64,000 bases of DNA from Raja brachyura (taxonomy: Eukaryota), in contig OY740792.1 in NCBI GenBank assembly GCA_963514005.1, forward strand, positions 61,752,001 to 61,816,000, written 5' to 3'. How positions within the stretch are numbered: the first letter of the stretch is position 1; each line of letters opens with the position of its first letter. A program made the position numbers and the translations under genes. The notes beneath the pieces are model-generated. The model worked only from the letters and a program-made list of their open reading frames with translations. It was not told where the DNA came from and searched no databases. This document shows, one piece after another, positions 1 to 13,758 of this stretch.

Positions 1-139
1 CAGTGTAGTTCAGTGCCCCGTGGCTGAATGTGTCCAACGTGATTTTAAACCATTCACCTTTGCTGTGGTCAACATGACTTGCACGCTGCAGCTTTTGGGC
101 TGAGTTCCGCTGAGAGTTTTCCTCTTTGGTTTATTGCAG

Positions 140-276
140 TGAAGAAGGTGGTGAGATCGGTGAAGTGGTCCAGGGTGGGGAGTGTAGAGAACGTGGAGCC
201 GGTGAGGAGGGAGCGCCATGGGGATGAACATGCCATCTACCTGCTGCTGGGACAGAACTGTCCCCGTGAATCGTGA
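140..276 (+). CDS. Possible terminal coding exon of an unidentified upstream gene (KKVVRSVKWSRVGSVENVEPVRRERHGDEHAIYLLLGQNCPRES*)
   Basis: Polypyrimidine tract plus GCAG acceptor at 138-139, non-repetitive exon-like sequence, AATAAA at 701-706. Frame and identity are uncertain. Confidence 0.3.
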
Positions 277-721
277 ACGCACCCACCAGAGGCCACCCCA
301 CAGTCAGCGCATCGGGAACGTCCAGTCTCCAAACAGTGTTCGTCTACAAACCCGGCACCGCTCTTGCTGTCTACAGCTGGGGACTCGTTCAATATTACTC
401 TGCAAATTCTTCTGGGGAACTATTAACTAAATATCCATGTCAACTGGTTTCATGCTGCAATTTGGACAATCCCCTTCCGTATGAAGAAGGGTCCCGACCC
501 GAAACGGCACCTATTCAAGTTCTCCGGAGATGCTGCCTGACCTGCTGAGTTACTCCAGCGCTTTGTGTCTTTTTTGTGTATTAGCCAGCACCTGCACTTC
601 TTTTGTTTCTAGTAAATGTGTAGGCTGTGTGGAGCTCCGTGAAGCACGGTGTTGCTTCTTGAAGCTTGGAACCCTGTCCCTGAGCTCCGAACCTCTGTGG
701 AATAAAACCAGCAGGAGGCGA

Positions 722-1025
722 GGGGAGGCACAGTGGTAGAGCCGCTACCTCACAGCGCCTGTGACCCGAATTCAATCCTGACCGCGGGTGCTGTCTCTGT
801 GGAGTTTGCACGTTTTCCCAGTGACCGCAAATGTCTCCTCCAGGCGCTCCGGTTTCCTCCCACATCACAAAGACGTGCGGGTTTGTAGGTTAATTGGCAA
901 TTTGCTCCCTAGTGTGTAGGGAGTGGACGGGAAAGTGGGATAGCATGGAACTAGTGTGAACGGGTGGTGGATGGTCGGTGTGGACTCGGTGGGCTGAAGG
1001 GCCTGTTTCCTTGCGGTGTCTTTCA
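722..1025 (+). mobile_element. tRNA-derived SINE (V-SINE/HE1-like)
   Basis: A/B-box-like head (GGCACAGTGGTAGAG...TTCAATCC), core GGAGTTTGCACGTT...CCGGTTTCCTCCCAC, CR1-like tail. Further copies at about 7470-7755(-), 19545-19855, 21375-22165 (split), 24380-24580 and 27812-28075. Confidence 0.75.
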
Positions 1026-1514
1026 ATCTTCCAATCTCACATCCGTGATCAGACGTAACATCCACGCTGCCTGATGTTTTGCTTTGTGAAATATGGGAAT
1101 AAATGTCTTGAGAAATTGCACAAAAAGCAAGTCCTCTCCTTCTATGAAGCTGTAGAAAGGAGAACTTCTGCGGACTGGAATCATCACTCATTTTCCCCAC
1201 ATATTACCTCGGTTCAGATTCAGTGCAAAATCCACTGGCTGCCCTACATTGGCAATGAGCCACTTATAATTCAGTAAATCACACAGTGCTGAAGGACCTC
1301 CGCATGTCAGGCAGCATCTGTGGAGAGAATGGACAGATAACGTCTCCGGTCCTCTTCTGACTGAAGCTAGAAAGGAGGGGTGGGGGTGGGATAATGAGGA
1401 AGGGTCTCAACCCAAAACGTCACCAGTTCCTTCTCTTCAGAGATGCTGCCTGTCCCGCTGAGTTACTCCAGCATTTCGAGCCTATCTTCTAGGGGTGGGA
1501 CAAGCCGAACAGTG

Positions 1515-2635
1515 AATTATTTATTGTCACATGTAACGAGGTTCAGTGAACAGCTTTTGTTGCAAGGTAAAGCCAGCAAAGTCCAATCAAGGATAGTCCG
1601 AGGGTCACCAATGAGGTAGATAGTAGTTCAGCGCTGCTCTCTGGTTGTGGTAGGATGATTCAGTTGCCTGATAACAGCTGGGAAGAAACTGTCCCTGAAT
1701 CTGGAGGTGTGCGTTTTCACACTTCTGTACCGTTTGCCTGATGGGAGAGTGGAGAAGAGGGAGTGGCCAGGGTGCGACTCGTCCTTGATTACGCTGCTGG
1801 CCTTGCCGAGGCAGCGTGAGATATAAATGGAGTCAATGGAAGGGAGGTTGGTTTGTGTGATGGTCTGGGCTGCGTCCACAATTCGCTGCACTTCCTTACT
1901 GTCCTGGATGGAGCTGTTCCCAAACCAAGCTGTGATACATCCCGATAAAATGCTTTCTGTGGTGCATCTGTAGAAGTTGGTGGGAGTTGCAGGGGACATG
2001 CCAAACGTACTAAGCCTTCGAAGGAAATTGAGGCGTTTGTGTGTTTCCTTGGTCGTTGCTTCAATATGGGTGGTCCAGGAGAAGTTGTTGGTGATATTTA
2101 CTCCTAGAAATTTGACATTTTCAGCCCTCTCTACGTCGGTGCCACCAAACTGGGGTATGTGGACCGCTTCACTTCATGAAGTCGATCACTATCTCCTTTG
2201 TCTTGTTGACATTGAGGGAAAGCTTGTTGCCTCAACACCAGGACACGAGGCTCTCAATCTCCTTCTTGTACTCCGTCTCATCATTATTTGATATCCGGCC
2301 CACAATGGTGGTGTTGTCTGTGAATTTGAACATTGAAATAGATTTGTACATGGCTGCACAGTGGTGGGTGTACAAGGAGCAAAGAAGGGGCCAAGAACAG
2401 ATCCTTGCAGAGCACCAGTTTAAGGATTATCGTGGAGGATGATCTGTCCCCAATCCTCACTGATTGGGGTCTGTTGGTCGGGAAGTCGAGGATCCAGTTG
2501 CAGAGATGAGTGCTGACACCAAGTCCTGTGAGTTTGGTGATGAGCTTGGATGGGATAATGGTGTTAAAGGCAGAGCTGTAGTCTATGAATAGGAGTCTGG
2601 TGTAGGTGCCTCTCTTATCCAGGTGTTTCAGGAAA
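1515..2635 (-). mobile_element. Rex1/Babar-clade LINE, 5'-truncated and frameshifted
   Basis: Peptides [16 protein letters not shown] and FYRCTTESILSGCITAWFGN; tail GACAATAAA. Confidence 0.8.
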
Positions 2636-2796
2636 GTGCTAGGTGGATACAGGTGAGGGGATGAGTGGCAAATGGGTGGTGTTAGTGACAAAGGCTGGAG
2701 GTGAAAGCAGATTAAAGGGTGTCCTCCCACACTCCAAAGATGTACAGGTATGTAGGTTAATAGGTTGGTGTATATGTAAATTGACCCTAGTATAAA

Positions 2797-5400
2797 CATA
2801 GAAAATAGGTGCAGGAGTAGGCTATTCGGCCCTTCGAGCCAGCACCGCCATTCAATATGATCATGGCTGATCATCCAAATTCAGTACCCAGTTCTAGCCT
2901 TTTCCCCATATCCCTTGATTCGTTAGCCTTAAGAGCTAAATCTAACTCTCTCTTGAAAACATCCAGTGAATTGGCCTCCACTGCCTTCTGTGGCAGAGAA
3001 TTCCACAGATTCACAACTCTCTGGGTGAAAAGGTTTTTCCTCATCTCAGTCCTAAATGGCCTACCCCTTATTCTTAAACTGTGACCCCTGGTTCTGGACT
3101 CCCCCAAGATCGGGAACAATTTTCCTGCATCTACCCTGTCCAATCCTCAAAGAATTTTATATGTTTCTAATGTCCTTCCTCAAATTAGGAGACCACATTT
3201 TCCACAATACTCCAGGTGTGGTCTCACCAGGGCTCCGTACAACTGCAGTAGGACCTCCTTGCTTCTAAACTCAAATCCTCCCCGCAATTAAGGCCAACAC
3301 GCCTTTAGCTTTCCTCACTGCCTGCTGTACCTGCATGCTTACTTTCAGTGACTGATGTACAAGCACACCCAAGTCTCGTTGCACCTCCCCTTCTCCTAAT
3401 CTGAGCTCACACTGCCACCCCGCTTTGTGTCATCCGCAAACTTAGAGATGTTACATTTAATTCCCTCGTCTAAATCGTTAATATATTGTAAACAACTGGG
3501 GTCCCAGCACGGAGCCTTGCGGCACCCCACTAGTCACTGCCTGCCATTCTGAAAAGGACCTGTTAATTCCTACTCTTTGCTTCCTGTCTGCCAACCAGTT
3601 CTCTGTCCATATCAATACCCTACCCCCAATACCATGTGCTCTAAATTTGCACACTAATCTCTTGTGTGGGACCTTGTCAAAGGTTTTCTGAAAGTCCAGA
3701 TGCACCACATCCACTGGCTCTCCCTTATCCATTCTACTTGTTACATCCTCAAAAAATTCCAGAAGATTAGTCAAGCATGATTCCCCTTCATAAATCCATG
3801 CTGACTTTGACTGATCCTGTCACTGCTTTCCAAATGCTTATAACATCTTTAATAACCGACTCAAGCATCTTCCCCACTACCGATGTAAGGCTAACTGGTC
3901 TACAATTCCCCGTTTTCTCTCTCCCTCCTTTCTTAAAAAGTGGGGTTACATTGGCTACCCTCCAGTCCACAGGAACTAATCCAGAGTCGAGAGAACATTG
4001 GAAAATGATCACCGATACATCCACGATTTCTAGGGCCACCTCCTTGAGTACTCTGGGATGCAGACCATCAGGCCCTGGGGATTTATCTGCCTTCAGTCCC
4101 AACAGTTTATCTCACTCAATTTTCTGACATGTGGATTCCCTTCAGCTCCTCCCTCCCACTAGATCCTCGGTCCCCTAGTATTTCCGGGAGATTGGTTGTG
4201 TCTTCCTTAGTGAAGACAGAACCAAAGTACTCGTTTAACTGTTCTGCCATTTCCTCGTTTCCCATTATAAATTCACCTGTCTCTGACTGTAAGGGAGCTA
4301 CATTCGACTTCACTAATCTTTTCCTCTTTACATACCTATAGAAACTTTTACAGTCAATTTTTATAATCCCACGAGCTTTTTTTCATGCTCTTTCCCCACT
4401 CTTAATTAATCCCTTTCTCCTCCTCTGTTGAGTTCTATATTTCTCCCAGTCCTCTGCTTTGCCGCTTCTTCTGGCCAATTTATATGCCTCTTCCTTGGAT
4501 TTAACACCGTCCTTGACTTCTTTCCTCCGCCATGGATGAGCCGCCTTCCCAGTTTTATTTTTTTGCCAGACAGGGATGAACTATTTCTGGAGTTCATCCA
4601 TGCGGTCTTTAAATCTTTGCCATTGCATCTCCACTGTCAACCCTTTAAGTATAATTTGCCAGTCTATCCTAGCCAATTCTCGTCTCATACCTTCAGTCTC
4701 CTTTATTCAAGTTCAGGACCCTAGTCTCTGAATTAACCGTGTCACTCTCCATCCTAATGCAAAATTCCACCATATTATGGTCACTGTTGCCCAAGGGGTT
4801 TTGCACAACAAGATCGCTAACTAATCCTTCCCCATTACACAATACCCAGTCTAGGATGGCCTTCCCTCTAGTCGATTCCTCTACATATTGGTTTAAAAAC
4901 CCATCCCGTATACATTCCAGGAAATCCTCCTCCTCAGCATTCTTACCAATTTGGTTGGCCCAATCTATATGTAGATTAAAACCACCCATGATAACTGCTG
5001 TACCTTTGCTACACACTTCCCTAATTTCCTGTTTGATGCTATCCCTAACCTCCCTACTACTGTTTGGTGGTCTGTATACAACTCCAAGAAGCATTTTCTG
5101 CCCTTGGCTATTTTGCTGTTCTACCCATACTGATTCTACAGTATCCAAGCTAATGTCTCTCCTTGCTATTGCATTAATTTCCTCTTTAACCAGCAATGCC
5201 ACCCCACTCCTCTTCCTTTCTGTCTATCCTTCTTGAATATTGAAGACCCTGCATGTTTAGCTCCCAGCCTTGGTCACCCTGGAGCCATGTCTCCGTAATT
5301 CCAACTATATCATATCCCTTAACTACTAACTGCGCATTCAATTCATCCACCTTATTTCGAATGCTCCTCGCATTAAGCCACAGCGCTTTCAGGTTCGTTT
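2797..5400 (-). mobile_element. CR1-clade LINE, degenerate ORF2 (APE endonuclease and RT)
   Basis: [40 protein letters not shown]; (TTTCTATG)-type tail. Confidence 0.9.
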
Positions 5401-6155
5401 TTCTTATCTCCCTTCGACCTTGTGCTACTGCCGTCCTTCTCTGGCCCTCTGCCTGTTTTCACTGGGTCCCATCCCGCTGCCCTGTCAGTTGAAACATGAC
5501 CTTTTGTAAATTCTCTTCAAACAGAATGCCAGAGGGTGTGTCTGTGCAGTGACATGAAGGGTCTGAGCAAAGGTCATGCTCCGCTCGATGACCTTTGGGT
5601 CTGAGATAAACAGGACACGTGTTGCTGAGATGGTGGAGTCAGCCACGGCAAATGGAAATCAAACCAAGAAATATAAAAAATTGTCTCCAGATGCCCTGAG
5701 CTGATGGGGAAATTTCCACCCAGGGGAAACGTCCATTGAACAAACATCAGGTTCTTGTTAAAGCTTTTACAGTGAAATATGAAGACATACATGCCACTGA
5801 ACACAGAGTAGACTTTGAGATCATTAAGATAAGCCTTTGATAATTCACTTTGTGAGCCTCAGCAGTCATTCCGTACATGATCAGGGCAGTCGTACGTTTG
5901 TGTTTCATAAAAAAATAAAATAGCAAGACTGGAACAAGTACAATATCTTGTGGAGTTTGCTATTATGTGTGGCAATCACACTGAAACCAATGATGACCGC
6001 ACATTCATTTTATCATCATAAAGATTGGTTCTGTAGACTTTGCACCTATTAAACTGCCAGCTCGTTCACCAATCATGTATTTTCCCGTCATGACTGATTT
6101 TCTGGGAATGTGGGAACTTCCCTCACTGACGGACAGAGAGAGAGAGGGAGAGAAT

Positions 6156-6381
6156 NNNNNNNNNNNNNNNNNNNNNNNNNNNNNNNNNNNNNNNNNNNNN
6201 NNNNNNNNNNNNNNNNNNNNNNNNNNNNNNNNNNNNNNNNNNNNNNNNNNNNNNNNNNNNNNNNNNNNNNNNNNNNNNNNNNNNNNNNNNNNNNNNNNNN
6301 NNNNNNNNNNNNNNNNNNNNNNNNNNNNNNNNNNNNNNNNNNNNNNNNNNNNNNNNNNNNNNNNNNNNNNNNNNNNNNNNN
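6156..6381. other. Assembly gap (226 N) within a GA-rich tract
   Basis: Run of N. Confidence 1.
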
Positions 6382-8393
6382 GAGAGAGAGAGGGGGGTGG
6401 AGGGGAGAAAGAGAGAGGGAGGGAAAGTGAGAAAGATAGAGAGAGATGTCAGAGGTGTGTGGGTGTCCGCTGGACTTGTGAATATGACAGCGGTGTCACT
6501 CACATTCCCCCACACTGGGGAGGGCTGGGCCCTCTCCCCCGGCCCACAGCCAGTGAGCCCAGGCAGTGGCCTCTCATGGGGGCAGGGTCAAAGCTGCCTC
6601 CTCCAAGGACAAAGCTCGTCCCAGCTTTCACAGTCACAGGCCCATGGAACAAAAGCAAACTCAGCTTGCACCGCGAGTTGTCCACATCGGTGCAGCAAGG
6701 TGCATTCAATGCAAGGTGCATTCCATGCAAGATGCAAGATACATGCACCGCGTGTAGTCCACATCGATGCAGCAAGATGCATTCCATGCAAATGCGGCAA
6801 TTTTACACAGAGGGTGGAGGGAATACACTGCCAGGGGCAGTGGTGGAGGCAGATGCCATAGTGCATTTAAGAGGCTTTTAGGTAGGTGCACGGATAGGCA
6901 GGGAATAGAGGGATCTGGATCACATGCAGGCAGAGGAGATAAGTTTAACCTGGCATCATGTTGAGCACAGACATAGTGGGCCGAAGGGCCTGTGCCTCTG
7001 CTGAGCTGTTTCTATGTAATAAATTTCTTCACAGGCAGGAACAATGAGAGGCGGGGCAGGAGTTAGGCTCTGCCGCTTTGTCCAATCTCTAATCACAGAG
7101 GTTCACTCTCAGACCTACCTACGGTTCATTTCCCTGTTCTGCCAGTCTCACCTGATCGCTCAGCTGGAAGTACAATCTCTGGAGGAATAAGTCATGTAAC
7201 AAATATTACAGTCAACAACGAGGGCAAACAACATTCCAACAAGTTGCGAAGCGACAAAAGCAAATAAAACTGCCGGATAAAGAATGCGGAGCGGAGGGAG
7301 AAAATGTACGGTAAGCCCATTCTCTTTATACGCATTACCTGCGTGGGCATACGGAGACCGAACAGGGATTTCATTCCCAGTTTAGGACTTTGATTCATGA
7401 AAGAATCTCTGTGAAGTTGGTTGAAAATGAAGTTGGGACATTATGTTGCAGTTTTTGGTTTTAGTTTTTTAAAGAAACAGCCCATCGAGTCAACCAGCAA
7501 CAAAACCAGCGATTCCCACTCAGAAACACTCTCTTACACACTCGGGACAATTTACAGATTTACCAAGCCAATTACAGTAACCAGCAAACCCGTACGTCTT
7601 TGTAGCGCGGGAGGAACCCGAAGATCTCGGAGAAAATCCATGCGGTCACGGGGAGAATGAACAAACTTCGTACAGACAGCACCCGTAGTCGGGATCAAAC
7701 TCGGGAATCTGTCGATGCAAGCCCTGTAAGGCAGCAACTCTACCGCTGCGCCACTTGTACAAGATGTTGGTTTGGCCACACTTGGAGTTTTGTGTGCAGT
7801 TTTGGGCACCCTTCTATAGGAAGAATGTTGTTAAACTGGAAAGAGTGCAGAGAAGATGTATAAGGATGTTTCTAGGACTCGAGCTGCTGAGCTCTAGGGA
7901 GAGCAGGCTCAGTGTTTGTTCTTTGGAGTGGTGGAGGATGAGGGGTGATCTTGTATAAAATCATGAGGAGGATAGAGAGGTGAATGCACAGAGTCTTTTA
8001 CCCAGGTTATGGGAGTCAGGAACCAGAGGACATAGGTTTAAGGGGGGTGCGATTTAATAGGAACCTGAGGGGCAACATTGGCTCGCAGGGGGCTGTGGGT
8101 GCATGGAACGAGCTGCCAGAGGAGGTAGTTGAGGCAGTTAGTATTGTAACGTTTGAAAAACATTTCTACGGGTACATGGATAGGAACCCAGGCAGGTGGG
8201 CAGGTGGGACTAGTACAGATGGAGCATTTTGGTTGGCATGGACTAGTTGGGCCCAAGTGCCTGTTTCTGGACTGTATGACTCAATGCCACCAAATCAAAC
8301 TGGAGTGTGATCCTCACAAGTTATCTTTCACAGTGAAACTAATAATCTATGATCCTATTGTTTTTAAATCCTCATGGTTATGTATCTGGCTCA

Positions 8394-8698
8394 CCGTGAC
8401 CCCATGCACACTCACAGTGACCTCTCCATGACCCCCACATACACTGACGGCGAACTCTCCGTGACCCCACGCACACTGACGGCGACCTCTCCGTGACCCC
8501 ATGCACACTGACGGCGACCTCTCCGTGACCCCCATGCACACTGACGGCGACCTCTCCGTGACCCCATGCACACTAAAGGCGACCTCTCCGTGACCCCATG
8601 CACACTAACGGCAACCTCTCCGTGACCCCATGCACACTGACAGTGACCTCTCCGTGACCCCATGCACACTGATGGTGACCTCTCCGTGACCCCATGCG
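8394..8698. repeat. Minisatellite, ~32-bp unit CCGTGACCCCATGCACACTGACGGCGACCTCT, ~9.5 copies
   Basis: GTGACCCC recurs at 8461, 8493, 8525 and 8558. Confidence 0.95.
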
Positions 8699-8759
8699 CT
8701 CTGTCTCGCTGTGAGGGCCCCATTCCCACTTTGCCCTAACCTTGCCGAGCCCGTTCCTA

Positions 8760-9180
8760 CTATAAACCTGACCTCCCGGTGGCTCAGCACCTTAACTCCC
8801 CCTCCCATTCCATATCCGACATCTCTGTCCTGGGCCTCCTCCATGGCCAGAGTGAGGACCACCGGAAATTGGAGGAACAGCGCCTCATATTCCGCTTGGG
8901 CAGTCTGCACCCTAGTGGCTGAAACATTGAATTCTCCCAATTCCATTAGCCCTGGCTGTCTCCTCCACTTCCCAGCTCTCCCTCAGCCCTCGGGCTCCTC
9001 CTCGTCCTTTTTCCTTTCTTCTCCCCGTCCCCCCCACCACCCTATATCAATCCAAAGAAGGGTTTCAGCCCAAAACGTTGCCTATTTCCTTCGCTCCATA
9101 GATGCTGCTGCACCCGCTGAGTTTCTCCAGCACTTTTGTCTACCTTCGATTTTCCAGCATCTGCAGTTCCTTCTTAAACA
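8760..9180 (+). mobile_element. Penelope-like element 3' fragment
   Basis: Shares sequence with the Penelope fragment at 25150-26065 (AAATTGGAGGAACAG, GATGCTGC...CCCGCTGAG tail). Confidence 0.75.
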
Positions 9181-10084
9181 CCTACTATAAACTCACCTGG
9201 TTCACTGGAAAATCCATTATCCTTTAGATTTTAAGAACAAAACGCTGGTGGATTATAAGTGTGTGGGGGTTGAGTTGGGCAACATCCAGTGGGCTGGAAA
9301 CCTTGTCGGTTCTCTACCCGCAGAGTGGAGGGGTGCAGACTCTTGGGGTTGCTCCTCTCTTACAAAACTTGCCTTCTCACCCCCAGAGCCGACGCTGGGT
9401 GGTTCCCCTGGACCTTGTCCAATGTGGATGACCATGTGACAGCGCCGGTCAAATCACATGACCACACATGCAATCTCCTGGGCCCAGGCAATTAACCACC
9501 CCCCCCCCCCCCCATAAATACAGAGCAACCCCTGCCACAACACTTACCCAAACATTGGAATTAGCAAACTTACGGAATACAAGTTGCTCATCAAATAATT
9601 GAGATTTTTAGCATGGCTCTTTTCACAAGTGGCCAGATAAATGGACTGAGTCATCCTTGCAACCACTAAAGTATACAGCTTTGTGAATATGTTCCAGAAA
9701 TTCCCTCAAGAAATTCCCTACACTTTATGCCGCCTTAAGACTAAAATCTGAATCAGGTTTTGGTGCTCGTGTTATAGACACAAGATAAGACGCATCCCCC
9801 TGTTCCACTTTGCAAGCTGTCACAGAGTCAGAGAGTCATCTTTAGTCAGAGGGTGGTGAATCTGCAGATTTCATTGCCACAGACGGCACAAAGAGGGCAA
9901 GTCAATGGGTATTTTTAAAGTGGAGATTGACAGGTTCTTGATTAATATGGATGTCAGGGGCTATGGGGAGAAGGCAGGAGAATGGGGTTGAGAGGGAAGC
10001 ATAGATCAGCCAAGATTGAATGGAGGAGTAGACTCGGTGGGCCGAATGGCCTAATTCTGCTCCGATGACTTATGAATTGATGAA

Positions 10085-10420
10085 CTTATAAGTCATAGAA
10101 CTGCACATTAGGTGTATTTTTACCCCTACATTACCCATTAGGGTATTTTTACCCCTACAATTCCTCTGCTCTATCCATACTGACTCTGCATCTCCTGATT
10201 CTATGTCACCTTTCTCAAGCGACTGAATTTCATTCCTCACCAAGAGAGCTACCCCACCCCCTCTGCCCACCTGTCTGTCTTTTCGACAGGACGTATATCC
10301 TTGAATATTCAGTTCCCAGCCCTGGCCCTCTCGCTGCCGTGTCTCTGTAATTCCCCCAACATCATATTTGCCAATTTCTAACTGAGCCACAAGCTCATCC
10401 ACTTTATTTCTTATACCTAC
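10085..10420 (-). mobile_element. CR1 endonuclease fragment
   Basis: YDVGGITET, GRGGGVALLV and ESVWIE motifs. Confidence 0.75.
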
Positions 10421-10589
10421 CTTTTCAGGAGACTATTTAATTTGGTTAATTGTTAATTTCTAACAATTGGCAGCCACACTGAAGTACAGCTTTGGAGAGC
10501 TATCGTTAATGGTTAACCTCAATGTGTACATACAGGTCAGATCACAGATGACCAGAAAACCTTTGGAATCTGCAGTAGTGGCAGGCGGT

Positions 10590-10775
10590 GGGTGTGTGTG
10601 TGGGTGTGAGTGTGTGACTGGATAAGAGTGTGAGTGTGAGTCTGGATGTGAGTGGAGTGCGCATGCGCATGGAGCGTGAGTGTGTCTGGATGTGAGTGTG
10701 AGCGTGGGTGCGAGTGTGAGTATGGGTGTGGGCGCGAGTGGGTATGAGTGTGGAGTGTGGGTGTATGTGTGTGCA
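10590..10775. repeat. GT/GA-rich low-complexity repeat (a similar block at 14217-14541)
   Basis: (GTGTGA)n-like sequence. Confidence 0.9.
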
Positions 10776-10996
10776 TAGATTCCTGTGCATAGATTCCTGT
10801 ACATAGATACATATACAATAGATGCAGGCGTAGTCCATTCAGCCCTTCGAGCCAGCGCCGCCATTCATTGTGATCATGGCTGAACATCCACAATCAGTAC
10901 CCCGTTCCTGCCTTCTCTCCATATCCCTTGACTCCGCTAACCCTAGGCGTTCTCTCTTTTTGAATGCATCCAGTGAATCGGCATCTAATGCCTTCT

Positions 10997-13758
10997 TTTT
11001 TTTTTAACTCAACATTTATTGACGTAACGAAATACACATACAGACAAAACAAAGATACACAAAGACAATCGCAAAATGACAAAATACAAATCACCTAACC
11101 TCTATTAGCATTGCATCAAGTCCTCTTAATATTCTATCATAAAAGCATCTTATTCACAGGCACCAGAGCAAGCTCATTCTTCATATCCTTAATCAATCTT
11201 GGCATTTGTAATAGTACCGGTTTCCATATAATATTAAAGGCATCGGTCCTCAATTGGAGTTTAGCAGTTATACTTTCCATCAAGTATACATTTTTCAATC
11301 TTACCCTCCACTGTTGAACATTTAGTGACATTTCCTTTCTCCACAGCACTGTTATCATCTTTTTAGCAACCAACAGCATCACCCCAAGCAAATATTTCTG
11401 ATTTTGAATATCTGTCGCTGCTGGAGTATCTCCTAATATAAAACAAGCTGGTTCCAGAGGTAGATCCACTCCCAGAATTAATTTAATCTCTACCTGGATG
11501 TCTCTCCAGTATTGGTACAATTTGGAACAATCCCCAAAAATGTGTGTGATCCCCTATCTTCCCACATTGTCTCCAGCATAAATTTGAGGTGTTACTGTAT
11601 CTTGCCACCACTAGAGGGGTCCTTAATACTCTCATTTTAATTTTCCAATCGAACTCCCTCCAAGAGGGGCTGCTTGTCAGCTTATGTCCCAAGAGACGTG
11701 TCCTTTCCCATATTTCATCTGTAATAATAATGTTCATTTCCAATTCCCATTTCTGTTTTGTTTCTATAGCATTTCCTTTTATATAGTCTTGAAGTCCTTG
11801 ATATAAATGGGATATCAAATTCTTTTGTAACACTCCCTCTATAGTCATCAAGAAAGTATTTTCCAAATTTGAAGGTAGTCTACATATCTGCTCCCAATCT
11901 ACATGTGTCTGTAAGTAGTGCCGTATTTGGAGGAACCTAAAGAAATCCGACCCTGACAGTCTAAATTCATTCTGCAAGTGCTCGTAAGATTTCAAGACTC
12001 CCCCACAAAAAAGCTGGTCCACAGTAATAAGCTCTTTATCTACCCAGTTTCTAAATCCCTTATCAATTTTGCTGCGTATAAAATTGGGACTAGCAGCTAT
12101 CTTTATTGCTCTAGATAGCGAATTAAAAAGATTTAATTGCTTTCTGATAGCTAACCACGTTTTCACCGTGAATCCAATCGTTATCTACTTTTAATTTCTT
12201 CCAATTTACTTGAGTTAGAAATGGAAGGCCAGCCAGGGCAATACTAGGACATGCATTTTGTTCTATTTTCACCCATCCCGTTTCCTCACCGTTCGTTAAC
12301 CATGCTATCAAGGTTCTCAGCTGCGCTGCCCAATAATAATATTTAAAGTTGGGCATATTCAGGCCCCCTTTTTGTTTTGATAACAACAGTGTCTTAAGTC
12401 TGACTCTGGGTCTCTTATTTTGCCACACAAATCTTGTTAACTCTTTGTCTAACGCCTTAAATGCCACGCCAGGGACCCCTACTGGTAAAGATTGAAATAA
12501 GAAAAGCAGTCAGGGCAAAATGTTCATTCGAACAACCTCCACTCTATGAATTAAAGATAAAGGGAGAATATCCCATCTGTGCATGTCTACCTTAATCTTC
12601 TTGAGTAATTTACCATAGATAGCTTCATACAATGCAGTAATAGAGGAAGTGATGACAATACCTAAATATCTAAAACCCTCCCGAGACCATTGAAACCTGA
12701 CCTGATCGTTTAAGTGCAAGGGCCACAGACCTGACAGCATCGTTGCTTCTGATTTTGAGTCATTTATTTTATATCCCAATATTTCTCCATATTCCTGTAA
12801 GACTTGCATTAGGCGAGGTACTGAGGAAATAGGATTACTCACATAGATCATAACATCTGCAAATAGTGACATTTTTTGTTCCCCCCCCCCCCCCCCCCTT
12901 CCGATCATCCTTAATGCCCTCAATATAGTCATCTTGCCTAATAGTTTCTGCGAGCGGCTCTTAACATAAGTCAAAAAGCAGGGGACTCAAACTGTCTCCC
13001 TGTCTAACTCCCTTAAATCTTAAATTAAATCCTTAAATCTTTGCACTGGCTCCCTGTGTGTAAAAGGATAGATTTTAAAATTCTGTTACTGGCCTACAAG
13101 ACATTGAATGGTCTGAGTCCAAAATACATCTCTGACCTTCTTGTTGTATATGAGGCACCTAGACTCTTCAGGTCTTCAGGGACAGGTTTACTCTGTGTTC
13201 CCAGGGTCAGAACTAAAAAGGCTGAAGCAGTGTTCAGTTTTTATGCTCCACACCTGTGGAACAAGCTACCTGAACACCTGAGGTGTGCACAGACTAATTA
13301 AAATCAGGCATAAAAACACTGTTGTTTACTGTAGCTTTTCCATAACCCAACATGCAGGTAATCTTAACCTTCTAATCTTAACCCTTTTATGTGCTTTTAA
13401 AATCGTTTTAATGTTTTAGTGAATTTGTTTTACTATTCATGCATTTGTCGTATTGTTTGTTTTGTAATTTTTGATTATTGGCTATTTTGTTGCCCTGTGT
13501 TGTATGGTTGTTCTGCTGTCTTTTTGCTATGTTATTCTTTGGTTTCTTTTATAAAGCACTATGAATTGCTGCTTGTACGAATGGTGCTATATAAATAAAT
13601 TAGCCTTGCCTTGCCTCCCCTCTTTAATTCAAAAAAACTCAGAGCAACATCCATTTACCCTCACTCTTGACTTTGGATTTAAATATAATGTTTTCACCCA
13701 ATTAATAAATTTTTGTGTGGAACCCCATTTGATCTAGAGTATATTCAAGATAGACCCA
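10997..13758 (-). mobile_element. 5'-truncated L1-clade LINE (RT and C-terminal region) inserted in a CR1 fragment
   Basis: Poly(T) at about 10996-11005; peptides SLFAD, FRYLGI, GGLNMPNFKYYYWAAQL and CWRQCGKIGDHTHFW; TSD ATCTA(A/C)TGCCTTCT at 10983-10996 and 13759-13772. Confidence 0.88.
13030..13615 (+). mobile_element. L2-clade LINE 3' end nested in the L1
   Basis: LHWLPV..RIDFKILLLAYK..APHLWNKLP; 3' end AATAAAT..(GCCTT)n. Confidence 0.85.

Noticed and set aside
722-790. tRNA gene
   Set aside because: It is the tRNA-like head of a multi-copy SINE with no intact cloverleaf
6075-6881. 268-aa ORF
   Set aside because: It spans the N gap and GA repeats and has no recognisable domain
8394-8698. 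Regular ~32-bp repeats resembling a CRISPR array
   Set aside because: Units are head-to-tail with no unique spacers, there are no cas genes and the context is eukaryotic; it is a minisatellite
10460-10893. His/Thr-rich ORFs (also 14058-14579)
   Set aside because: Translations of (CA)n-like microsatellite sequence
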